DNA of 64,000 nt from Vairimorpha necatrix (Eukaryota): assembly GCA_036630325.1 (NCBI GenBank), contig CP142732.1:930001-994000 (forward strand), given 5' to 3'. Each line of letters starts with the position of its first letter. Within the stretch, counting starts at the first letter, position 1. The notes beneath the pieces are model-generated. The model was given only the letters and a program-made list of their open reading frames with translations, searched no databases and was not told the origin of the DNA. This document shows, piece by piece, positions 34,124-44,500 of this stretch. The translations under genes were made by a program, and so were the position numbers.

Positions 34124-34306
34124 AGACGGTTAGAAAAATATGATAAAAACTTCAGTTTTTTTCTGACCGTATGTTATTTTAAAGTTTTTAGTTTGAATAA
34201 TTGCGACTTCTTTTATAAAATTGATAAAAATTTTATTATTTTTTATTACTTCCACGAGATATTTTAATTTTATTTTTTTACTTTAAATGTACGATTTTTT
34301 TTACCG

Positions 34307-34504
34307 ATGAATGAAGTTTATTTAATAATTTTAATAGTAAATGTGACTCAAACTATTTTAAAAATTGGATTATTTACTGTTTATATAAACTTTATACATT
34401 ATAAATATGATTTTACACAGGAATATGTAGCTAAAATGTTTTTTTACTGTTATATGACTTTTAGAGTTATTCTTAAAATTTTTATTCTTTCAAAAAAAAC
34501 TTGA
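34307..34504 (+). CDS. Possible small membrane protein
   Basis: 65 aa with two hydrophobic segments; ATG after ACCG; sits in an intergenic gap and overlaps no gene. Confidence 0.35.
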   Translation: MNEVYLIILIVNVTQTILKIGLFTVYINFIHYKYDFTQEYVAKMFFYCYMTFRVILKIFILSKKT

Positions 34505-34597
34505 ATATCAAACAAAACTTCAGTAAAGATTTTTAATATCAAACAAAACTTGAATAAATTTTTCTAAAATGTATAATTTTTACTTACTATTTGTTTT

Positions 34598-35707
34598 TTA
34601 AATATATCTTAGATATTTCTCATTAAGCCTTTTTTGCTTAAATTTTTTCGCTCTTGTTTTTATTTTATCATCTAAGGCGTATATAAATGTTCCTTTATAC
34701 AATTTTAGTACATTATAATAAGTCAGTGTACTTATTATATCTTCTACTGTTATATGTGTCGCCTTACTTATCTCGTCCACTGAACTATTACTATTTTCTA
34801 TTAAATAATCTACTATTACATCAAGCCAGTAAGCTCTATAACTTAAAAGACCCAAGTCGCTCAGCGGCTTCTCTGGTCCACTAATTAAATTATCTTTTTT
34901 ACTCAACATATAAGAGAAATCCATTAATATTCTCCCGTATCCTTTTCTCTGTTCAAAAGGCAGTGTCAAAATACACGCTAAATTGTAGCCTTGTTCGCTT
35001 ATTTTTTCTTTACTAAAGTAGCCGACAATAGTAAAGCCAAAATTGTCTACCCGACACAAGACATAAAATAAGAAGACGTCTATGTCGTAATATAAAGATT
35101 TATGATCTAAAAACAATTTTGATAAAAGTGCCAAATTTCTACAATATTTTTGCTCTGTGTACCCGTCCATTTCAAAGAAGCTTAGGCCGTTGTTCCTGTA
35201 GATTTCCCGCCCAGGCGGGTGGCACATTTCGCATTTCTCGATGTGTTCGCTGTAAATTTTTTTATTATTAAAATAGTAGAGACATTTTTCACAAATAAAA
35301 ACCACGTCTGCGTTTGTTATCGACTTGGGATAGGGGGAGAAATACCAAGGCTCTACTAAATATTTACCAAATTGGATTTTCTTAATATTTTTGATTTTAT
35401 ATTCTTCATCTTTCATTTTGACTGCTTCTTTCTCGTCGTCAACGCTGTTAAGATCAGTCGTCTTTTTATGGACTTCTTCTATCTTCTTCTTCTTTTTTGG
35501 TATCTCAATTGTCGAGATATCGTCTAAGCATAAAAATGAATAAGAAATCCATTCGTCCAGTCTTCTATTCTGGTCTATATAATGAATATAAAATTCTAAT
35601 TTGTCATTTACTAGACGGATGCCTAATATTTCGGCCTTTTGTTTGTCTTTGTGCTCTGGTTTCTGTACAAATAATTTGTATCCAATATTTATAGTCTCTG
35701 GATCCAT
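34598..35707 (-). CDS. ESA1: MYST histone acetyltransferase Esa1/Tip60-like
   Basis: Tudor-knot FYIHYIDQNRRLDEW, PWYFSPYP, HPPGREIY, NLACILTLP and PEKPLSDLG. Confidence 0.9.
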   Translation of the reverse strand: MDPETINIGYKLFVQKPEHKDKQKAEILGIRLVNDKLEFYIHYIDQNRRLDEWISYSFLCLDDISTIEIPKKKKKIEEVHKKTTDLNSVDDEKEAVKMKDEEYKIKNIKKIQFGKYLVEPWYFSPYPKSITNADVVFICEKCLYYFNNKKIYSEHIEKCEMCHPPGREIYRNNGLSFFEMDGYTEQKYCRNLALLSKLFLDHKSLYYDIDVFLFYVLCRVDNFGFTIVGYFSKEKISEQGYNLACILTLPFEQRKGYGRILMDFSYMLSKKDNLISGPEKPLSDLGLLSYRAYWLDVIVDYLIENSNSSVDEISKATHITVEDIISTLTYYNVLKLYKGTFIYALDDKIKTRAKKFKQKRLNEKYLRYI

Positions 35708-35869
35708 AGGGACAGAAAAAAAAAGAAAAATTAAAAAGAAGACAAATTTCTTAAAAAAGCAAATTATTTATTTTTTAACCCTTAGAGAAAAACATCAAAA
35801 AAGGGAAAATTAAAAAATGACCAATAAAAATTAAAAAGAATGAGCAAAAAAAAACGCAATAAATTAAAA

Positions 35870-36000
35870 TAAGATTAGAGCATGAAAAAAAAACACATTA
35901 GATAAATAAAAGATCAGAGCATGAAAAAACGGTTAAATTAAATAAGATCAGAGCATGAAAAAACACACTAGATAAATGAAAGATCAGAGCATGAAAAATA
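35870..36000. repeat. Four copies of AAGATYAGAGCATGAAAAA
   Basis: Spaced ~33-38 bp apart, upstream of ESA1. Confidence 0.85.
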
Positions 36001-36285
36001 AATGACAAATGAAATTTAATAAATTACAAGATAAAATAAGTAATATAAAGTATTAGGTTTACAAAATCTTATTTATAATTATCAATTTATAAATTATTTA
36101 CAAAATATTAGGGCTTACATTACATTTTATTAAAATGTCAAACCTATCAGTTGCATCACCATAATAGTCTATTATTCAACTACTATAAAATGATAAACTT
36201 ATTCCTTAATTAAATATAGAAATCATAAATACAATATAACTTCCCATTTAAAAAATAAAATAAATCTTATTTTGCATAAATATAC

Positions 36286-36311
36286 CAGTTTGTTTGTTAA
36301 CAAACAAACTG
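36286..36311. promoter_or_regulatory. Recurrent palindrome, copy 2 (perfect 26-bp CAGTTTGTTTGTTAACAAACAAACTG), with TGCATAAA at 36273-36280
   Basis: ~90 bp upstream of the eIF2B-epsilon ATG. Confidence 0.55.
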
Positions 36312-36403
36312 ACAAATTTAAATATTTAAATAATTTTTAGCATAAACTTTAATTGGTTCCCTGGTTTTATTTATTTTTTCCATCCCCTCCAAATTATAAA
36401 AAC

Positions 36404-37963
36404 ATGGTCAAAAACATACGAAATTTTATAAGAAACAACGACAACATAGTTTTACTTGTAGTTGACTACTACGAGACAAAACAAATTCCTATAGAAATGA
36501 CAAACATTACAGAGAATCTTGCTCTATTCCCTGTGGCAAATATCCCACTTATTGATTATATTATAAAATCCTTACTTTCGAAAAATCTCCAAAATTTTAT
36601 AATTTGTGGATTACAAATTAAGAAAATTGAAGAACATTTAAAATCAATTTATAAAGATCAAATTAATTTTATTAGTATTGATAATCAGAAAAATCTTGGA
36701 GATATTTTTAGATTTTTACATGAATCTGTTTATGATTTAAAAGATTTATTAGTAGTTTATGCTAATCATTATACGAATATTGATTGTAAATTAATATTTG
36801 AAGAACATAAACAAAATGATAATTTGGTTACATTTTTCGTACATGAAAATTTTTCAAATTCCCAAATTAATCATTTTTATGGTACAAAAGATAAAAAGAT
36901 AGTTTTTTATGAAAAATGTATAAATGATAAAATTAATTTTAACAGAGTTAAAGAGACAATAGAGAAATATGAAAATATAGATTTTAATTATAAAGGGAGT
37001 TCTCCAAATTTAGCAGTAATTTCTCCTAAAGTTTTCCAGATTTTTTCAGATAATTTTGATTTTTCTTGTCTTTCAGATTTCTTAGAGTCAATTTTAGCTT
37101 TTAATCCTTTTGATTTAAAGATTGGCTTTTTTGAATATTTTAATTTGTTACCTTCTTTTACACCAGTTTATAGTAGAGAGATATTAACTTTATTTGATTA
37201 TTATAGATTTAATGAAGATAATATTAAGTTACAGATAGAAGATATTTCCCAGTTTTCTCAGAATATAAATTTACTCAAATCTGATAATAATTATTTCTTT
37301 GAGTCTCCAGAAGGCTTTTCTATAGAGAATGTTGTTTTAGGGTATAATAATAAGTTAGAAGATGATTTTTATATAAAAGATTCCTCAGTAGGAAATAGAT
37401 GTGTTATATCTGGGAATATTAAGAAGTGTATAATTTGGGATGATATTTCTATTACAGAAGATTTAGAAGAGAATATTGTATTTGGGACAGGCCATAAGTT
37501 TGATGTTCATTATCTTGAGATAGAAGTGGATATTGAGGAACCAGATATTAAGAAGAATAATTTCTTTGAGGATATAAATGATTATTTAAATGATTTAGAT
37601 ATTAATAGTGATATAGATAATATGTTAAGACAGATAAGTTTAATTAAGATTGTATGGAATGCGTCTAATCTTGATTTTATAGAGGCCTTTGTTATATTTC
37701 TGATTAATCTTATAGACGAGGAAGATATGGAAATGTCGACTATAAATGCGTCAGTCTTTTTCCCGCTTCTACAAGGGAATATTAACAGTACAGAAGATCA
37801 AGAAGAGTTACTTCTTATAATGTATAATCTGACCTTAGACCAAGATATAGAATATAGGAAACAAGTATTATTCAGATTTGGATATCTTTTTATAGAAGAT
37901 GGAATAATAAATAAGAATGTATTGAAGAAATATACCAAGATGATCAAAAAGGGAATATTTTAA
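36404..37963 (+). CDS. GCD6: Translation initiation factor eIF2B epsilon subunit
   Basis: Nucleotidyltransferase-like N-terminus (LFPVANIPLIDY), FSDNFDF, left-handed beta-helix repeats and an acidic W2-like C-terminus. Confidence 0.8.
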   Translation: MVKNIRNFIRNNDNIVLLVVDYYETKQIPIEMTNITENLALFPVANIPLIDYIIKSLLSKNLQNFIICGLQIKKIEEHLKSIYKDQINFISIDNQKNLGDIFRFLHESVYDLKDLLVVYANHYTNIDCKLIFEEHKQNDNLVTFFVHENFSNSQINHFYGTKDKKIVFYEKCINDKINFNRVKETIEKYENIDFNYKGSSPNLAVISPKVFQIFSDNFDFSCLSDFLESILAFNPFDLKIGFFEYFNLLPSFTPVYSREILTLFDYYRFNEDNIKLQIEDISQFSQNINLLKSDNNYFFESPEGFSIENVVLGYNNKLEDDFYIKDSSVGNRCVISGNIKKCIIWDDISITEDLEENIVFGTGHKFDVHYLEIEVDIEEPDIKKNNFFEDINDYLNDLDINSDIDNMLRQISLIKIVWNASNLDFIEAFVIFLINLIDEEDMEMSTINASVFFPLLQGNINSTEDQEELLLIMYNLTLDQDIEYRKQVLFRFGYLFIEDGIINKNVLKKYTKMIKKGIF

Positions 37964-37980
37964 AATCCCATCAACTATAA

Positions 37981-38116
37981 TTGATGGAAGAAATATTATA
38001 AAGTATAGTAAGAATTATAAATATCTATATAATAATTTTATATGGTATAAATTGATGGAAGAAATATTATAAAGTATAGTGAGAATTATAAATATCTATA
38101 TAATAATATTATATGG
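37981..38116. repeat. 71-bp tandem duplication
   Basis: TTGATGGAAGAAATATTATAAAGTATAGT... at 37981 and 38052. Confidence 0.9.
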
Positions 38117-38174
38117 GGATATTATTAAATAAAGTATTAAATAGTAGACCTTATTCTTCATATTATTATGTTTA

Positions 38175-38453
38175 TTATAGTAACTTCATAAAGGGTATTG
38201 TAATTGGTAGAAATATAGACAGTAACATTAGTGGACTATAAATCCTTAGTATTTTAAGGGGCTTTATTTCTAGTCTCTCATATTCTTCTTCTATGTCTTC
38301 TTCTTTGGGATATATTCCATGACGAATTAGTGTCTCTAATTTATAATTAGTCCCGTATTTATTTTCTATTATAAGGTCTCTTACTAGATCCTTAAAATGA
38401 TGAGCCATGAGAAATAAGACGCCTACAATGTAAAGGGCTTTATCGAGAATCAT
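38175..38453 (-). CDS. Small two-TM hypothetical protein
   Basis: 92 aa, CCCCTT-ATG start, hydrophobic termini. Confidence 0.7.
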   Translation of the reverse strand: MILDKALYIVGVLFLMAHHFKDLVRDLIIENKYGTNYKLETLIRHGIYPKEEDIEEEYERLEIKPLKILRIYSPLMLLSIFLPITIPFMKLL

Positions 38454-38560
38454 AAGGGGTCAAATAATGAAGAACTATTAATCATTCCATATCTATGTCA
38501 TTATTTTAAGCTTTACTTAAATCATATTATTTCTACACTTTATAGTTCTACACACTATAA

Positions 38561-41500
38561 TTAAATTGGTGTTATGTTCATGACTTTTTCTTCATCTTCC
38601 TCGTCTAGTTTATTTTTATAAACTAAATATCTTAGATATTCCATGCTTATGGTCTCTTTATAATTTATTATTATCTCTAGATCTCTTACACTGAATGTAT
38701 ATTTCTTCTCTAAATTGTGTCTGTATAAATTCCCTATTAATTTACAGTGGTATTTTATTATCTCTTGATTCTCTGTCCCATACAGTCTCCTGTATAATTC
38801 CAGACTTCTCTTATAATTATATTTATATTTCATATAAATGACTCTACAGTCTTTTATCATCTTCCTGCTTCTACTGTATTCACTTATATAAACAAATTTG
38901 TTCTCTGACTCATCTTCTACTAATTTGTCATATAAGTCTATATTCTTTATTAAATATAAATCTGATCCTCTTTTTAATAAGTCTGAGTATATTTCATTAC
39001 TCTTCTTATCTCCTAGACTTATTATATTCTTGAATTTTATATTCTTCTCTAAGTAGTAGACATAGTCGTCAGTATTAGTAATAATCAGGATATTAGATTT
39101 ATATTTCTTTATATCTTCAAGGTCTAAATGTGTACAGTACTTTATGCATTTATCTAATAAAACATTACCTTCATTATGTTTTATATTTACATTATCAAGA
39201 ATGTTAATATTAAATGTATCTGTAACATCTTTCCTTATAAAATTAGATTCATATGTATCATTCTTACTTATATAAAGATCTTCATTTCGTATAAATTCGT
39301 CGTATACTTTAAATGATAATTTATATCTCGTATATAATATCTTATACACTCTATTAAGCATATCATAATATTCTCTTATTCGTCTTATTCCTTCTAATCT
39401 CTTTCTCTCTAAATCTAATACTCTCTTTGTCCCTAATATCTTATTTATATCTCCAAGTACAATATTTCTTAATAATTCATCCTGTAATTCCTTAATATTT
39501 ATATCTTCCTCATGGGGATATTCCTCTACTACTTCATGAGTGTAACCAATACACTCATAGAAATCAGTATCTTGGTTTATTATTATAGAGAAATCTTTTT
39601 CTCTTATGAGATATTTACAGAGTCTATAAATTTCTTCATCTTGTGTCACATTATTGATCTTTATATTCCTCTTATACTTGTAAATATTAGATATTATCTT
39701 CTTATAATTCTTATCTTTCATACTAGTCTCTAAATAATCCCCAGTGTGGCTACTGGACAGTAAAATCTTATTTATGAATAATTTAGGTAAGACGAGCTCG
39801 AGGCCGAACTCGGACTCAGTCCAATTTGACTTCTCCTCGTTGATCTTTGAGATCAAGTCGTCATATTTTAAGATCTCGTCTTTTAAGTTTGATATTTCTC
39901 TCTGTGTCTTGACTAGTAAAACTTGACACTCAGAATATTCCCTTTTATATTCACTGAGTCTCTTCTCTAATATTTCATATTTCTCTTCTTCTTCTTTTAT
40001 ATTGACGAGTGCTAAGTTGCCCTTCTTTAATAAATCCTTGATTTCTTCCTCTAGTGGTTTAATGTCTTCTTTAAGTCTTTTATATTCATAATTGTGTAGT
40101 ATCCACTCGTATAAAAGATAGCAGACATGAGAAGATTTAGATATTTCAACTTCTTTATCTTTTAATTCTTCAATATCCAAATCAAATATGTCTTCTTCAT
40201 TATCATTAATAAGTTTATAATCATTATTTACGTCATTAATATTGTCATCTTTACTTCTTTGATTATTGCTCTTACTTATGCTGTTGATGTCAAATGTCTT
40301 AAGAAATACTAGGCACTCTTGCCATGTCTTCTTCTCTTTCCTCTTATTTACCATATTATATATTATATTAATAATATAATGCACTGCCTTGGGTGGGCTA
40401 TTCATACTTCTTATCTCTGCTATATTCTTCTTAGTGATCTTATTTATCTTCTTTATACTTTCTTGTAATTTGACTTCTCCCTCTTGTAAATTATTCTTTA
40501 TAAAATTCTTCTTTTTCTCTATTTCATTGTAAAATGCAAGATGTTCTTGCTTTTTATTTTTTATTATATTTTTCTCATACTCGCAGTCCTTTTCTAGTGA
40601 CTGAATTTTTAATATTTTCTGGTTTATTTCTTCTTGATATTTTACTAAAATTAAATCGTGTTTATGTAAATTTATCTTTTTATCTTGTGAAATATTGTGG
40701 AAAATCTTGATTTTCTCTAATCCGTCTAAAATGAATTTGTTGGATTTTATAAACTCTTTGTATGTTGAGACTGTAGTTTGTATAAAATCTACTAATTTAT
40801 AAATATTTTTAAATGATAATAAATCAACATCGTCAATATTCTTAGATGATAATTTAACATCGTCTTTCTTATTGTAATTTTCGTCATTATTAAGTTTACT
40901 GATGTCATTGCGCATTATATCTTCTACTGTTATATAATTATTCATTATAATCTCTTCATTTATACAACATCCACATGTTTTATATTTCAAATTTCTTATA
41001 TATTTCATGAAGCTTGTCTCTTCATTGTTGTCTAAATCTTCTATAAAATATTTCAGGTCTAATAAATAATGTCTTGGTGTAAATAATCTTATAATCATAT
41101 TCTCTTTTATAATTTCATTACTCAGGAGATCTAAACTTGTCGTAAGTATCCCAGTAACTTTCTCTGTGTCGTATTCTATTTTACAAGTCTCATTAAATAT
41201 TTCTATCTTTCTTATATTGTAATTTCTCAAGATCCAATTTTTCCCTGTTAGTCTTCCTCCTAGAAGAATAAAATTGAATTTATTTTCTAGGCAAAATTCT
41301 ATGATTTCTCTGTTACAAATCGGCGAATTCACGTTTAAAATGTCTCTGAAGTATTCCTTGTTAATGTGTAGATTTCTCAATATTTTAAAGCATTCGTAAA
41401 ATTTGATATCTCCTTGTTTATAATATTCATAAATATCTCTATGCGTAATTTTATCATGGTTTTGGATTATTTCAAGATTATTTTGTATTGTCATGTCGTG

Positions 41501-44500
41501 ATCTCCTTGAGACATTTCCAATATTTTTTCATTTGGTCGAATTTGGAGTATTGGACAATTTATTCTTCTCTTGAAATTATAAATATTTAAATCTTCTGAT
41601 CCATTGTAGCTACAAATTATTTTCATATTTCTTTCTTCGTCTTTTACTGTTCCATGCTCATGAAGTTCCTTAATTTCCTGGATGACGTCATCTGACGCTT
41701 TTTCATATTCCTCTAAATAAATTATGTCTTTTTTATAGTTCTTTAAAGATTTGATTTCTCTACAATTAAGATAAAGCACTTCTTCATTCTTGACTATTTC
41801 TTTGAATTTTGATTTTTTCCCTATTCCCATTTCTCCTTCTAGAAATGTAACTGTATTGTTCTTTATATCATTGATATTTACAATATTCTTGTTAGATTGT
41901 GAAATGTCTCGCTCAAAATATATTGTAAATACTCTTGTCAATGAAGCGGGTGTCAATTTACTGATATCATTGGTCTCAAATATAAATCTTACGTTCTCTC
42001 TTATTTTTATTACTTCTCCATTCCTCATACATAATATTTTATTATCATCTAATACTGAGTTTAGATTCTCAATCCACTTGCTTTCTAAAATACAATCATA
42101 AATAATCCATAAATCTCCATTTGTATTCTCTTTTAAGATTCTGTATAAGATATCTTCATCATAGTAGTGGAAAATATAATGATTAATATTTCGAAGATTA
42201 ATCATCTTCCTTAATATTTCTGATTTACCTGACAAACTCTCTCCGAATAATAAAATCCCAGTACTACTAGAAATTCCATATTCAAAAACTTCTTCTTTAG
42301 TCAGAGAAGGAAGATATTCTGACAATAAAGATTTATCTTTATCGCTGAACAGAGCATAATAATAAATTAACATATTCTGAGTCACATCTGAATCTTTAAG
42401 ATTAAATAGGATCGTGTTTAAGGCTCTTAATGAGAAATTATAATGCGAAAGATTTTGACTCTTCTCTTTTAAATTTCTAAAAAGTGTTTTCATTTCTTCA
42501 TTAAAATACACATCAAGTATATCTTCAATATTTGGATTATCAACTCTGATCTCCGCGAAAAGAGACTTAAGCGTAGTCGGCAACTTGTTCCTTCCTAAAT
42601 ATCCAATGTTCAAAGTCAAGAATATCTTGATTTTATCTTTATGTTCTACTAATAAATCACTCAATTTACTCATGACATTAAAGCCGAGTCTATTACACTC
42701 GTCTAAACATAAATACCAATTATTCTTTATACAACCCTGAATGATATTCTCTAATAAAATAATATTAAGATTCTCATTACAACAGAAAACATAAAGTGGT
42801 CTCCCTATACTCTTACAATAATATTTTACTGTCTCTGTCTTCCCTGTACTACTTTCCCCGTACAAAATTAAACCTGGGTAGTAAAAAAGACCGAGTGTAA
42901 TTTTATTGAAAATTGTATTAGTCAATCTCGTGTATAAAATATTTGACGGAGGATAATAAATCATCTCAAAAGGCAAGAGATTTAAACTATCTGTAAAACA
43001 CTCTAAGGAATCTTCAGATTTGGAAATCTGCGGCTTAGGATACAATAAAGTAAAATCTGGGCCAAGAATCTCTTGGTGCTTTTTTATAAATTTGATCTTT
43101 GTTGTCTCTTCAAAATCTAAATCATTAAAGAACTTATATTCATTTATAAAATCATCTAAAAATTGAATCTTGTTCTTGTCTTTCTTATTGAAATAACTTA
43201 TTAAGACATTTTTAAACTCTAATTTAAATCTTCTGTAAAATAATTCAAAATCTTCTGGTGCTTTGAAAATGGAACTTAAATCTAATTTAGTAGAAAAATA
43301 AATCTTCTCTTTTTTGCTTTCTACTCCCAGGCACTCATTATTTTCAATAATGAGTTTATCAATATTGTATATATTCTTCAATAAATCTTCTATGGGCAAC
43401 TTTCCATTTACAAAATTAATTAAATCGTCATTAGATACGAAATATAAATCACTAATCCGGTTTTTTAGATCTTCTATCTTTTTAGTAAATTTTTCTTTGT
43501 AAATTTCTTTTTCTCGTAAAATCCTGTCGAGTTTGAGCTCAATTAGAGGATTTTGTAATTCATATAAAAAATCATCAAAAAGGCTTAGATTTGTGTATTT
43601 GCAAATATCAACAAATAATGAACAAATTTCATTATTCTTAGAAATTAAATCTTCTACTTCTGATTTTAAATCTGAAATTATAGTGAGAAGATTTTGATCT
43701 GTCGAGTCGAGCCCATTATTTATCAGGTTATGATTTAAGAAGTCTAAATCCACATCTAAATCTTGTAATTCGTCACCTACTCTTTCAATGATCTTAAAAA
43801 ATAAGTTTCTATTTTCAAAATTCAATAATTCATCACATGAGTATTTGATCTTCTTAATATCATTTTCTATCTTCGTAAGTTTCTGATAAATTTCCATAAT
43901 CAAGTTTATCTTTCTAGAATATTCTCTCATTTCAAATTCTGAAATATTTTTTATGACGTCACAAATATATTTGTGTTTATCTAAAATATTTATAAATGAT
44001 TTATCTTTATGATTAGACAGTTCTTTGATGAATTGTAATGCGTAAATATTTTCAAAATTTTCAGGTGCATGGAGAAAAAGCCAGTCTAATATTTTTTCTG
44101 ATTTAATATCTGAAAAAATATATTTTGTAAATTTGAGATGATTGCACAATGTCCTTATTTCATTTGTCTTTTTATCTTCATTTATTTTTAAATCCTTAAT
44201 CTTAACATTTAAATCATTTTTGGATTTCAAAATTTCATATAATTTTTTTGATTTTTTGTATTGCGACATCTTATGTTTAAAATCTGAGTAAAATATTTTA
44301 AATTCTGAATAATTGAAATTTTTTTCTTGATTTGATATAAACTTACTAAATGTACAAATCCATTCTTCTGCAAATTTTATAATTTCTGAGAAGGATTCAA
44401 CATGTGGTAAATCAATTACAATATCTTTTTTTAGTATCTTAGTCCCGATTTTATAAATTAATATTGTGTCCTTAATATTGTCAAATGGTCTCTTAATTAT

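Noticed and set aside
35870-36000. Spaced repeats resembling a CRISPR array
   Set aside because: Eukaryotic context, spacers resemble one another and there are no cas genes; it is an ordinary minisatellite.
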